DNA of 64,000 nucleotides, taken from assembly GCF_964204865.1 (NCBI RefSeq), contig NC_135263.1, positions 8,680,001-8,744,000 of the forward strand. The letters are read 5' to 3'. Position 1 is the first letter of the stretch. Every line of letters begins with the position of its first letter. The notes beneath the pieces were generated by a model. That model was not told where the DNA came from. It did not search any database and saw nothing but the letters and a program-made list of their open reading frames with translations. This document shows positions 12,026 to 26,500 of the stretch, piece by piece. Made by a program: the position numbers and the translations under genes. This DNA comes from Styela clava. Taxonomy: Eukaryota.

Positions 12026-15000
12026 ATGGAGGCGAGTAGTTGTCGAAATTCGTCGGTCAGCGTCATGAGTCCAAATTCAAGCGATGGACATTTGTTGACC
12101 AGTCCACATCCAATGTCACTCGCGAGGCCGATGCAACACCACTCTCCTCATTCGACATCGCAACATCGTCTTTCGCTATCAATTCCTCCTCATCCCGGAA
12201 TGTTACAACCAAGTCCAGATGGTTATCTTCAGGGAGGGCATTTGCTACCGCATCAACAAATTTCACCAGGATCTCAAAATGCCGGTGCCGCTCATCATCA
12301 GCCTTTGCAACTAAGTCACTCCCATGATCCGATGCATTCTCACCACGCCATGCAATATCACCAACACGCACAGCATCAACATTTACAACGTTCTCGTTCC
12401 CTACATCCTGTTTCTGCATCTCAACAACTTGCATCTTTGGCTCCTGGATTGGATATGTCATCAAGACCGAATAGCAGAGAAGCTCCGAGCTCATCGCCTC
12501 AAATGCGCTCCCATAATCATGATGAAAATAGTTTAGAGCCTCCCATGGCACATCAGCATCCATCCCCTACTTCAGAAAGGAATCTACATACTTTATCGGA
12601 CACAACAGATGACAGCAATATTAACAATAACAACAGTACTAAACTAAACTCAGAGCAAGATCAAAACACCGACGGAATTGTTAACGCATCCATGAACGGA
12701 TCTGAAACATCAACATCGACTGAGGAAGATGGAAGTGACGGTGGCGCTACTGTAGCAACAAAGAAAGGTGGTACAGCCAATGCAAATCCTGCTCATAGAA
12801 GACCAGAGAAACCACCATATTCCTATATTGCTCTCATCGTAATGGCGATACAAAGCTCAACAACGAAAAAACTTACTCTGAGCGAAATTTATCATTTTCT
12901 ACAAAGTCGATTTGAATTTTTCCGAGGTTCGTATCAAGGTTGGAAAAATTCCGTTAGACATAATTTGTCTCTGAACGAATGTTTTATCAAATTACCAAAG
13001 GGTCTGGGGCGACCAGGTAAAGGACATTTCTGGACTATTGATCCAGCTAGTGAATTTATGTTTGAAGAAGGATCTTTCAGACGCAGACCCCGTGGATTTC
13101 GGCGCAAATGTCAGGCATTGAAGCCATATGGTATTTTCGGCGGTGCACCTGGACTTATGGGACCACAAGGTTATCCTCCACATGAAATGTTTGGTGCTGC
13201 AGCGTCGCTTCAGCATTCAGCAATGCCTCCGCCTCGCCACCAGGCTAATTTGATGGGCTTCGATCCACAAGGAATGAACTTTTTGAATGGGGCCGCCGCT
13301 GCTGCTGCGGCTGCCGCTTCAAACGGTATGTCGAGCCCTACATCCCCCAATCATTCAGTCACACCGAAGTTACCACCAACTCCACATTCCCCAAATGGAG
13401 CCTTGAATGCCCATTACACAACCTGTCCCAACACTGGTGCTTCGCAAATTTCACCATCGGCAGCCGCCAGCATGGCCGCGGCACACAACCACCATTATTC
13501 AGCTTCTATGTTTAACTGGCCGGGCGCAGGAAGTCACGCTGCCGGAGGATACATGCGACATGGACCGCCATCGGCAGGATCTCCAACCGATCATCAATCT
13601 CCCCACCTCATGAACGGCGTTCCATCTGCAGCATCAAGAATGGACTATCATTCGTTGTATGCCTCTGCTCGAGAAAATCATCTTTCATATGAAGGTATGT
13701 TATTATAGTATTACTTTTGCATAGAAATTTCATTTGACAGGAAAAGATAAACTAAAGTATTTTTATCGCATACAAAATATAAACTGGAAAACATTCAAAA
13801 ACCTTACTTGCATTAGAATAAAAATAAACAGCGTAAAAATAATGATGAAATAAGCATGATATACTCCATATTTTCCTATTAGCTCCCAACTGGTTGTTTA
13901 TTCAAACTTGATTCAAATGTCGCATCCATAGCTATCCTACCCCCAATCTCCTAATCCGTTATTGTCTCTTTATTATCATAAATTTTCAAGTGTTTTTAAA
14001 ATGCGCAGGAAATATTAGTAGTCACTTATACTTGACTTGAAGCCTAATCTGCTATTAAGAAAGCCTGCGTGGGTATTTCATCTTCGGAATATTGTCTTCT
14101 GTTTCTTTGTTTTTAGTCGCGAACATCTGGATTTAAATTTAGTTTATTTTTGTTATGCTCATGCACTTATGTTCGTATTTGCCAGTTTGACTTACTTAAA
14201 AACCCAATAATGATTTAATCAATAAAAAGATCACTATGTATGATATTATAATGAGTAAAATGCTGTTAGTTGAAGACGGTATGGTAATAGAAGATATCAA
14301 GATTATTTCAAAATATATTTCGTCGATTAAAGAAATGATTCAGATAACACCGAATTCCTAATAGCATCATAACTAATAATAATATTTTTGATGAAGTTTA
14401 ATTGGTATTGTTCAATTATCGTCAAATTTTATCACTTTTGTCCCGAAAGATGTTGTCGTTCCATTTCATCATAATTTGTATCAGATTGTTAGCTTTTTAA
14501 CCGGACATGATTCACTGCGGTTGAATTTAACAACGGATTCAACTGTCATATTATCAATAGGTTACTTCTAAATCTTCACTTAAATATGACGATTTGATAA
14601 CATAACAGTCAAAATTATTTGTATCAATAAGTGTCTCACTGGGTGATCCTATTAAAATACTACTCTTCTCGTGATAGCCCACTAACCGTTGGCTCATTAT
14701 TTTAAAAAATGAAGCAATTTAAAATTCGTCGAGTTTCAATATTTTTTTAAATTCTCAGTTTGTCACCTTAACCTGTTATTATATAATTTGTCTAAATAAT
14801 TGTTAATCTTTCGCCACAAAAAATTTGTCGTGATATGAGTAATAATCGGACATATGAGTTTTTTCACTTTAAATTTTGTCACGGGCGTGACGTAATTACA
14901 AAGAAATACCTCGAATCATAATGGAACAAATTTGCCTAAACTTTGGGAATTTTGGAAATACCTTAATATTTATTTTTCGTGACTATTAGCCGAGTTTATT

Positions 15001-18000
15001 TCATACGTACAATAATTGTCCCAATGTAATTTGATATAGAGGTGTTGCCAGCATTTTCGGTTCTGCATTTTAATAATGTCGCCTGTCGCATTAGAGTTGC
15101 CCTTTACCATACGCGGTAATTATATGAGAATACGGCCATAAAATCGCTAATTTTGTCGAAATTAATTATAACAATGCAAGATAATTGGCGCGTGATCGGG
15201 AGTTGTCACAAATGAATATTATTACGAATCAAATTTGAAACTTGTTAATTTCAAATAACGTGCATATCAACTTTAATAATGAGCAATATGCGAGTGGAAA
15301 ATTGGATTGAATTTCGTAAATTACGTCCGCAAAAGACGCATACGTGTGTGTGAAGAAAACTAATTTAATAATCATTTAGTTATTTGGGTTGCTACCTTGC
15401 AACATTAACCCTGAAAATTACCACAAATTAGAGAATTCACACATTTTCTTCCTAATTTGTTTTGATACCCTCAGGTATTTTTATAAATAGGTAATTATAG
15501 CGAATTGTTAGAACAGTGTTGTTTTCCATTACTGTCTCAGTTGCGATTCAACAAGCACATTGGATAAGCACAATAAAAATTAAAAACTGATTGCATATAA
15601 TGAAGTGGAATCAAACCAAGGATTTTTATATCTAAAATGTCTCAGGACGCAACTAATGAAATGGTGAAATAGATTCATCGTAATTTTTTGACATAAAAAT
15701 CAACTTTGCCATTTCAGACAGCCTTTTAAAAATAACCTCCAATATGGCATTATTTGATAGTCCCTTATTATAATTCTATGGCAATATTATTCTTGATAAA
15801 TAATTGAAGAGAAATGCCCAATAAACGCCAATGATAGATCGTATCAAACCTCATTGGAATTGAGTGCAATGCCTTTATGTCAAATATCACCGTCAGACAA
15901 GGTGACGCGAAAGCCACCTGCTACACAAGCTGTCTTCAACATTTAAAAAAATAGCTGAATTTATAGTAATGATGCCTGATGAGAATATGTACCAGTTTAT
16001 GCTACATTTTTAACTGAAAATAAGAAGAAATTTAGAAAATTATGTCCACGATTCGCTATAAAAACATGATACCCTTCTATGAGAATAATATTTTTTCAAT
16101 TTTTTTTAAGATGAATTTTTACATAGATTAAATTTGCTTCATTTCACTTGGCTTTGACAATTTGATTGAATTGTTTTCAAAATCTTAATTATTGGAATAA
16201 AACGCGCAGAGAATCCTTAGAAAATACGGCAATAAATCATAAGATGTCGATAAATGAGTTTGGCTTCAACCTGTGACCCCTCAATCACCACGAAAACAAC
16301 GTCGTTTATGACGTATGAACTTTCGAAGGATTGTTTTCGACTTAACTTAGTAGGAAATAATTTATAGAAGTTCTAATTGTAAGAACTCAAAGGCTATCGT
16401 AAATAAACTTTTTATAAAAGCAGAGTAAATATTTCAACTTTATTTGACTTTTATACACTTTAAATAAGTGAGAGTTAGTTCTTACTCGAACTATGTGAAA
16501 TTCACGGTTGAGACTATTGTTTGCTGTTTGATAACGTATGTGGTAAAAATGAACCGATGAGGTTGCGTCTCTAATTGAAGCATTTTAGCCAGTAATACAT
16601 CACCATTTTTATTCTACAACTGATAGAATTTTTATTAAGCCCCGCGGCGACAAATAAAATATGAATTAGTTGATGGAGAGTCTTATCAAGATCCTAAATA
16701 CTTAGCATGTGAGGTCGCTTATTCATTTTGTTTTGTGGGCACTATGGCAAAAATCAATGATCAAAATGAATAAGGCAGTGTTTCCCGGGGCAATTTAGCC
16801 CGTATTTGTGGACGTTTTCGATACCTATCTAATTATAGAACTCAGTTATTTGCTGTTTTAGCGAGATTTTTACCTTGTCGCATTATCTTTGACCGTCAAC
16901 CGAGGTTATTTTTATAGTCTTTTCTCCATGTAACCCAATTGTCACAACCGTCTCATTATTGCATTTCAAAAGCCAGAATAAACAATAGCTATATCTGGAA
17001 AGTACGATATATTTAACGCAACGCCAAGCGATATCAGACGTTTTGCGTCCACATCCGCCATTTTATTTTGGCAAGTCAACGCATCAGCAAAAAAACTGTT
17101 TTCCAAATTGACCACCTGAATACGAGTAGGCAACCGTGCCACAATCGAATGCCTTTCATCGAAATTGATAGTGATTGTGAACAGTTTTTCCATGTCCCCA
17201 TTTCTAAATGGAGAAAAGCATAATCAGTGTCGTCATGGAAGCCACGACGTTTTAGCGTAGTAGAAAAATTGCATATCCTCTCTTTCTCCAATTGTTTATT
17301 GATGTGTTTGAATTTTCTATATATATAACGAATCGCTAGGTATTTTGTTATTTTGCGCTATTTTAAGCTATCTTATTTTTCTTCGCCGGTTAATGAAAAT
17401 CTGCAATAATCGTAACCGCGCTCGTTAAATTTGAGTATATTTTCGGATAAAATCAGTCTGTAATTGCACAGTTAGTTCGAAAATTACACGATTTCCCGTA
17501 ATCAGGAGACAACACCTCATGTTTTGCCCGAATTAGATAGATAGGAATGTGCAAACGTTTGCACACCGCGAAAGAGAATTTTTTTGCCACGCTTGCTGTT
17601 TATATCATTTCAGCAACATATGGGCATTGGACACTCAAGTAAACAGCATTAAAGAAAGTATCCCAAACGTATTGGCATCATTTTACAAACAAAACTGTCG
17701 GTTGCTAGCAGTAGGCCGGTGCTGAATAAACAAGCGTGCCGCGGTAACTGGACACTATGCGTGGACATACACATATGTCCATATGTTCTTGCATATACGC
17801 CCCATTTTGCCTCCTGTTTAGTTTAGGCCGCTTCTAAACACATTTTTGGTCAAGCTTCACCCATAAAGTGCGTTTATAAAGCTCTTTGTTCAACTTGCTT
17901 GGTGAAAAATAATTATTTAATTTTCGTGTGCCCTGGTTAAGTCACCATAAAAATACGGGTTGTGGTAAACTCGTATTCTAATCTTGCTATTTTTGTGTGG

Positions 18001-21000
18001 AATGTCGCTGCTGACGAGAAAAACAAACCAAAATAGATCTTATTATCTTCTTCCCAGATATTACAATATTTTTAAAAGTTTCATTCAAAAATGACACTAT
18101 TTTGTCGATAATTTGAGTATGGACTAGTTTTAAAATGACAAGACCATGCAACACATAAATTGATAGAAGTTGATAGATACAAAAAATTGTATATATTCAT
18201 AATCTAGTCAAAGAAAATTCTTACCCGACAGTACACAAATTAACTTTTTTCTAATTCAGATTCTATTTTACAATTTTTATATATTTCCATTATCTACCCC
18301 TGTACATGGCGTTTTGTTGTCATCGCTTTGACCTTATCTATCCGGAATTTTCGATCTACATAGATTCATTTAAATGATAATCTATAAAATACATGACAAT
18401 ACTTGAATTTGGTGAGGTGCTGACAACAGAAACCGCTACAGTAATCTAGAAGACTTGTCAATAATTGAGTTTATCGTTAGATAGGTACAAAATCCTTGGG
18501 CAAATTTGAGTATTTTGTACCTAGCTGACAACAACAGTAAATATACACGACATATTGTGATGTTTAAATGCTTAATTTTGAACACAAATTCCATAGCAAC
18601 AGATTCCTCTGCGCTCGCGCACGCGAAAGTGTCGAAAACTCGACTAAAGTTGATGTTTAACAGAGAATCCACTTCGATAAGATTTCCGGGAAGCTGTCGA
18701 AAGATTGTTTCAAAATTCGTTGCGCGACCTAGAATGCAAAAACATGTATATCGCACATCATACTATTATGGAGAAGATCGTTGTAAAATAGCTGTGATAC
18801 TCGATGTACATAATTTCACTTGAGTTTCAAACTTCTCAACAAAAGATTTTCCTATTTGTACGTGGCATCCCAAAATTACCCAAATCTTTCCAGCATTATA
18901 CACACAAATGACAACACCTCTTGAATCAGAATAAACAATCGTTTAGTAAATTTGATAATTACTGGTTATCGTGAGTATATTCCTACTAATCTCTTTACTT
19001 TCGTTGTAGTCCTGACTCGCAGGTGGAGAAACGAGCTTAGGCGCGTAGTTCAATTGTACCGAAATTATGAACGTCTCCCTCACTCCCCAATTTTTATCGT
19101 GATCCGATTGAAAAGGATCATCCTGCTTTATATCGCACAACCTTTGATTCGAGCGGTGTTTTAAAATAACTAGAAACAGAGTATACTTTGAACTTGGTCG
19201 CTAAGACGTTTAAAATACACGCGACCTACTTGTATCTGAATTGAGAAGTACTAATTTTCTGATTAATTTTGTATTTGTTGTGTAGTATACCTCTTCATTT
19301 TTGTCTTTGATTTTGGCCGATCATTAATATGTCAAAGGTTGTATAATGTTAGAAAACTGGGTATCATTTTTTATACAGTATCATTCCACATATATTGTGT
19401 TCATTGACAAATTGACTACTCTAAGGCGTACTTTGGAAAATGAAGTATTACCCTGAAATGTATTTCACTTAGGCAACAATTATTTTCAAATCATGGATAT
19501 TAAATAATTATCATCACTTTTAGTGAATTATCAAAATTATCTCACACATATGGTCTGAAATTATTACACTTGTTATTCCATTTGTTACAAAATATTGATG
19601 CACGATATTTTGTGATGTTTTTGAACTTATATTTGTTGATAAGTATAATTACCAAATTAATCAATATCTTCAGTATCTAATTTAATTGTAGCTTCTGTCG
19701 CCTTTCCGGTCTGAGACCAGTAAACGTATATAGTATCACTTAAATAAATTAGTAATATGAAATATTTATATATTTGAATCAATCATATCAAACAGGTGCT
19801 TTTCATTAGCATATTGTGAGGAAAATAACGAACGACTGTGTGGAGCCCACCAATGACGAAACCCCAATGCTACGCTCCTATTCTTGTTAGTGATTTCAAT
19901 CCTGATCCATGAGGGTTTATTGCTCAAATACCCATGAAATGTTTTTGTAGCCCCCGAATCCTTGTGGTGCGGGGGTAAAGTGCTTACGTAGCTTATATAC
20001 GGCGCCGAAATTACTGAGTTAAAGATCATTGAAAATGGTATGAGAAGAAAAATTGAGGATATAAAATATATATACATATATATTGAGCAAACTCAAATAA
20101 AATAAAAACATTTAGATATTTACTCATTGAACAACTTTTTATTTAAACAATCGGTATATTTTATGATAATTATCAGTGAGACCTAAACATGTCGCAAATA
20201 TTTTACAATTCAGTTTTGTATAATTTTCTTAACATGAAATTTATTGTATATCTAGAATAACCTTATTTCATTCTTGAATTTAGTGAACATGTTTGTTTTG
20301 TTTTCGTCAAAAAGTGATAAGCTAATTTGACTCATATTTTCACAACGTATAACGAACTTAAAATAAGGATTATGTTCTGTCCGAAATATGTCCGCTCATA
20401 TTTTCATCAATTGGAATGTTCCCCAAATTAATGATAAAAATAGCCAGGCAAAATACTTTGTCGACACTTCAAAAGCGCCGGTTCAAAAGCGCAGAAATTT
20501 TCCAGGTCAATTAAACATATTGTAACATATAGACACAAAATATTTAAATATTTTCTAAAACGTAATCTTTAAGTTCAGTAAATATACACTAGCAATGTAA
20601 TTTTCGCCAATTAAGTTTGTTCTTTGTTGTAGGCAAATGCTAGTATATTTACCAAGTTTTTTGAAAGCGATACTGAAAGAGTGGTCAGTCTGAATGAAGT
20701 CATACTACGTCGTCGTAACAATATAATTCTTTAATCCTGCGTAATGTAGGACTTTTTGGGGAGCGTCATATCCGTATATAAGCTTTTGGTGAAATATCAT
20801 CTAGAATAGACGTTTTTAGGGTGTTGTAGACGATTTGATCTTAGTGCCCCAAAAGATTTGATTAAGCCCACAGTTAAAGGCTTAACTGGTAGCTCAAAAT
20901 TTGGCTTAAAACTGGCCACCCCTGAAATAAAGCCTTTGACTTATTATATGGGAAATTTTACCAGTTACTGTTCACTGAGATTAAAACTAAACCCTGTTAT

Positions 21001-22454
21001 TGAAATAGCAGGTCAAAAATGCTCGTGTGTGGTACTTGATTCTAGTGGTAAAAATTGATTGCTTGAGAAAGTGTGTTGAAATCTGATCAATTCATTGGTT
21101 CCTAAAAATTTATCCCGCTCTGTTCACTCCTGGTGTTTGGTTTGTATATTAAAAAACGACATTAGCCAAAGAAGAATTCTAATCTTGCATTGTTTTCGAT
21201 ATGAGATTTTTACACAAGATCGAGAACCCAATCTACTGTACAATTAATTTGAGTGACAACAAAGCATTAGGTGTTTTTGTTATGGTTGTTATGACAACGA
21301 TTGTGGGCAAAATACACAGGAATAAATTTCGTGATTAAAAGTACAATATAATTTTTGTTTTCGCCGAATTTGACAAAGAAACTTCATCCATTTTGTTTGA
21401 GGGATTTTGAAGACTGCGAATGACATAGATGAGTCGCAAATCTGCTTTACTTTCTATTTTCACTGAAATTACAACAACCCATATACGTCATAACATTTTC
21501 ATTGTCGTATAAAAGCAACACGTACTCTTTAACCGCTGTCCTTCAAGTCACCAACGTAATTTCAAATAAAACTAAAGTGCTACGAATAACGCATGTACAA
21601 AACAAAGTTTCCTTAACGCAGCCAATATAAGCCGATTATTTGTCGGATCTCAACAAAGCCGTTACATCTCAACATATCCAGTTGTACGGTACCAGTCTCC
21701 CAATGTCGCACTATATTATGGCAACAAGATTTTCGCAATTCTTCCCATCATTTAATGGTTAGTCCGTCCACAATGCAGTTGTATTCATAAGGAGAAACAG
21801 GCGTCATATTAAAGCAATTCGGTTCAAATGACTAGAGTTTAGCAATCACTTGTTGCGAATATAATTTTTATTTGGCCAAGTACTGATAATACCTAAAACA
21901 AGCAGTTTTATTCGATCACGGCATATTGCAACTACCAATGAAAAATACCTTATTTCATAACATTTAGCTCAACAATTGTTACTGGGGAATGCCTATAAAT
22001 TTACCTCAAGTGTCAACGCGTGAGCTAAGTTGACAAATCTACTCATTGTGGCATTAAAATAACATTGCACTTTCGAATGCTATTATTTTTAGTGACAATA
22101 TAACATAAATTAGACCAAATGACAAAATATGACGACAAACTGTTTACATATAAATATCCGGTTGAATTTGTTAATAGACAGGTACAAAATTATAAAGATT
22201 TATTTGCGAGTTTTCTTCTGTAACAACTTTTGATTATTACTTTGATGTTTATTAGAAAAAAATTAATATGTCTAACGAAATATTAATATTATCTTTTTAT
22301 TTGTATTTCAGCGGCACAAGGCATGAAATTTAAGACTGAATTTGACCAGTACGCTATGTCAGACAGGAAACCTCCATATCCCGCCATCACACCGCCACTG
22401 TCAGCCGCCGGCTATGCCACTGGTTACTATGACACCAAGACGTGCGCAATGTAA
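12026..22454 (+). CDS. FoxF: Forkhead box F transcription factor, 2 exons: join(12026..13694,22312..22454), about 603 aa
   Basis: Forkhead domain [21 protein letters not shown]...[64 protein letters not shown] is FoxF-class. Phase-1 donor GAAG|gtatgt at 13694 joins in frame to tttcag|CGGCACAA at 22312, giving the C-terminus ...[10 protein letters not shown], similar to vertebrate FOXF ...YQDIKPCVM*. Confidence 0.96.
22312..22454 (+). CDS. FoxF: FoxF terminal coding exon (not in the ORF track)
   Basis: Pyrimidine tract plus cag acceptor at 22311; encodes [47 protein letters not shown]. Confidence 0.9.
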
Positions 22455-23508
22455 AAAGGTTCAAAGCCGCTGCAAAAAAGCCGTTGTTTCAATTCTACAG
22501 AAAGCAACGTTATCAGGACAAGCTCAGGATAAAGCTTGGTGATGGTCTGTTCAAATCAAGTGAATCCTCTCAGAGACATGGTTGAAGCCGAGATGGCATA
22601 GAGAATAATTTGTGCTTTTAAAAATACATGCCAGAATGACCGAGCTTTTGCGCTTCATTTAGACATTTTGTTTATAACTTCGCGCAAAGATTTACATGGG
22701 AATCGGCGGCGATTCACAAATGTTCACCAAGAGCTGAATTTTCTCCGTTTAACATAAGCAAGCTATTATTACATTGACCAAAACACTGACGCATGGCGCT
22801 ATCATCTGCGTAAAATTAAACGCGGTATTCTTGATTTCTATCAACAAGGTATTCACAGCTAAATCATAAGAATTGTAATTTTTGCAAAGTCTTTTCAAAT
22901 AAATGGAAGTGGTCTGTTTCTCGAGATGATGTTTAGCGCCATCTAGAATGCTGCTGTGCAGATAGAGTTATACCTTAACAAGAATAACTAACAATTATAA
23001 CGCTTGACATAACCAAGCCGAAGATATAATTTGGCTTTTTAAGATTATTCTTTTCCTTATTTTCTTATGTTTATATTTTCTATTTACCAATTATTTTAGT
23101 GCAATTGCTCTTCTTTAATTGTCTGTGGTGAGTCGATTGAAGAATTGCCTACAACTACCCAGAGTCAACATCATTGCTTTTATTGTATCTTGAAGCATTC
23201 CAAACCAAATCTTAAAAATTCATTTGAAGCTAAACATATCTACTACAAAATATTCAATTTGATTTGTTTTAACTGTTCTGATAATGATTGTAGTCGACTG
23301 CAATATCAGCCTATTTTTGGCATAAAACACAATACCCATATATATCCAAGATAGTTTGTAAAATGACTGTTACAAAATGAGTAATATTTAAAACTACTTG
23401 TGTAATAACGGTATTCCTCGGAATCTTGTAGATTTTATATTAACAAATTGAAGATAGAATTTATGTTTTCATTTTGCATTGTTGAAAATAGTAAAAAGAT
23501 TTTCAATG

Positions 23509-23532
23509 AATAAAATACCCATCATGAATAAA
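23509..23532 (+). terminator. Tandem AATAAA polyadenylation signals, probable FoxF 3' end
   Basis: AATAAA at 23509-23514 and 23527-23532 after about 1.05 kb of U-rich 3' UTR-like sequence. Confidence 0.55.
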
Positions 23533-26500
23533 GCGCCATTTCGTTCCGATAACAATACCATTACAAAACTTTCATGGTGCCTGAATTTATTTTAAGTTTC
23601 AAAGTTTCTCACCGCTTATTGTGGTGCCTCACTCTGTCGATATCAGTTTTAAAAATATCGTTTACCTACCGTACTGCCTTTTGATTTATATTTGTTTCCT
23701 TTGAGTGTTAAATCGAGAATAATAAATTTCCTACTGAGCACAAAGGTGTCTTCATTACATTGGTTAAAATGAGTGAGAAACAACGTATAAAGGAGAAATT
23801 TCAGAGATTCGTATTTATTTATTTTTATAGAAATATAAAATAAGTTTGCAAATTTCATATTGCAAAGAGAAATGCACAAACGCGGGAAGGTCACGAAAAT
23901 CAAATCACCACAAGGTAGTGCAATTTTTCAAAATAAGGTTTTGTTGAAGCCGACTCACCAGAAAGATATTGAAAAAAAGATGTCTTAAGGGCGGTATTTT
24001 CACCTATCAATACTAAGAAATTGAAAGCTATTAGTTCAGTAATTGAAAGCAATTTTATATCCAAAAAACAATAACAATTTTGGAAATGATCGATAGACCC
24101 AATTCAATTTACTTATTATTGGGCATATATATTTTCTTACGAATTTCTAACTGGATAATGTTGTTAAGTTAGTAAAAATATAGAGTATTTACTGAAGAGC
24201 CCACATTGATGCTTTGCAAATAAGTATAAAATTTGTCAAATATTTATACTTGTTTTAAATAAGATTAATTATAACTTGATATATATATCTCTTTGTCTAA
24301 TAAATAGTCAAACAGCCACGAAAATGAAGTAAAACAAAACTAGGCCTTTCAAAATTCATTTTATATTTTTCTATCTACATAATATTTTGATGCTTTAACA
24401 ATTAAATCGATTTTATCTCTTTCTAGTTGCTTGTGTAGAACTTTATATGAGTCGCTCAAGTTAGTCACCATGAAGTTTTGTCAAGTTGTTACAGTGCACA
24501 CACTTCTTTTTCAAATGTATAATAAATTCCGCAGGCTATTTACGATTTATTCTGAAAAGCATAACCTACTTTTTGATTTATTCAAAGCTTATATTTGATT
24601 CAGAATTTCATCGTCCTAATTTGACTATTTTTGTTACAATCTTCCTCAAGTTTCTAAATTTGGTATCGAATTAGCACGCGGATTAATTTGTTTGGTAGAT
24701 CTTGCTCGCGACATCTCTTAACAAATCTGGTTCCGGCATATTTGTGCAGATCATATAAGCTGCACAAACAATAGTTAAATATGTCTTTTAAAATTCAGCC
24801 TATTATTGTAAAATAAACATATCAACTAAAACTTAAAAATGATCCGTATGTATTCTAAACTTCTGTGACATATCGGACAAAGTATGTGACACTTTTTGAC
24901 ATTCATTATAAATATGTATATAGCAAAGTTTATAGCAGTTATTAGATTAATGATCAGTGGTTTGTTCTGCGCCAGGATAAATTATATGTAGGCATTCCCT
25001 AAATAAATAAGTAAACTTAACAATTGTGCTATATATTGCAATCTATCTTTGAAAAACATTTACATGATGAACGCCGTAAGAGACGACACTGTGAAAAAAA
25101 TTACCACATACATTTTCAAATTCTTGTCATCAATTCCAGGCATTGCATCAAATATATATACAAAAATTATAAATTGAAATCTGAAATGACGAATGTATTT
25201 GTGAATCCAATTTTGTTACCGCTACATTTTCACTTTACTATATCTTGCAAACAGTTGAAAGAATACCGAGTGTATACTACAAGATATTGTTAATTTGATT
25301 AGAATTTATTCTGCTTTAATTTCGCCATTTATTTATTAATAACTTCATTGTACTCTTCGGTTCAAGTCATGTTTTGAAAACATAGCAACGCGTTAGCGTC
25401 AATCTCAATCGCAGTCAACCGAGATTGACTTGTGATAACCTACGAGTTTCGGTATTTAATACTTTTCGTATATATCTGATTAAAATTAATAGGTTCACTG
25501 GATAACTTGCACATATGACAAAGGTTGTTTTATTAAACTCATAGCAGATCAAGAGGTAAAATGAACAACTTTTCCAGAAATTTTTCTGGTGAGAAATATT
25601 TTCAGAACTTATATGTCAGTTGGAGAAAACGATCACAAGAATTACTAAAAACTTATTAAAACTCCAAAACAGAAAGTAAAGTAACATCATCCAAACTCTA
25701 ACATTCGCTTATTGTTTACACTTTCATTTTCAACAAAAGAGTATATTCGCCTATGTTGTTGCAAAATATAATATCGAGTAATTTTCTTATATTTCCCTAA
25801 CGCAACGTGGCTAATATTTAAAACGTAATGAAAAATATGTAGATAGTATGCAGCAACCTGCTAATAAAAGGAAGCGAAAAAAATGAAAGAACGGAATTAG
25901 CCAAAGAGAACAATCAATGTTGTCACAATGTTCAAGACATGTTAAGAATTTGACCCTCAGTTGAGTATCGGCAAGCAATATAGTAACTCCCTTGTTATCA
26001 AAATACCACCGAATTTTAACAAGTGAAACCATTTGAAATATTATACATGCTACAGACAGACTAGTAATATCAATTTTGTTGAATAATTAAAATTACATTT
26101 ATGATAAAGATGGGATGAAATATCAAACAAATCAGGTGAGTTTCATTGCAATAAATTATAACTTGATTAGCATCCGAACTGAAGAATATCATTTTTTTAA
26201 ATTAAACAAAATCTAATAAAAAGTTGCTCTTGTTTAGACTATCATTTTTATTTTAGGTTTTACCTCTAATCAGACACGCTATCACAAGTCAAAAGTACTT
26301 AAAAAGACAGCCCAGAGAAAAATAATTTCACGCTTAATCACCGGAACATTAATTTGATTTTATCAACGCAAGGTTTCCGGACCTCTCGCGTAGTTAAACC
26401 GATGGAAAAAATCAAATTAACGCAATAAAAGTGATACATTTTGCTTCTGATCTATCATTTTAATCAATTGGAAAAAAACTGAATACAAAACTCTGAACCA

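Noticed and set aside
13695-13708. ORF-track C-terminus of FoxF (GMLL*)
   Set aside because: Read-through into the intron; a strong donor and a conserved downstream exon exist.
15974-16025. Hammerhead ribozyme core CTGATGA
   Set aside because: No stem II or properly placed GAAA junction.
20900-21135. hAT element in the FoxF intron
   Set aside because: Only isolated end-like strings (GGCCACCCCTG); no paired TIR or TSD.
22342-22542. 66 aa ORF as a separate gene
   Set aside because: It is an alternative frame overlapping FoxF exon 2 and the 3' UTR.
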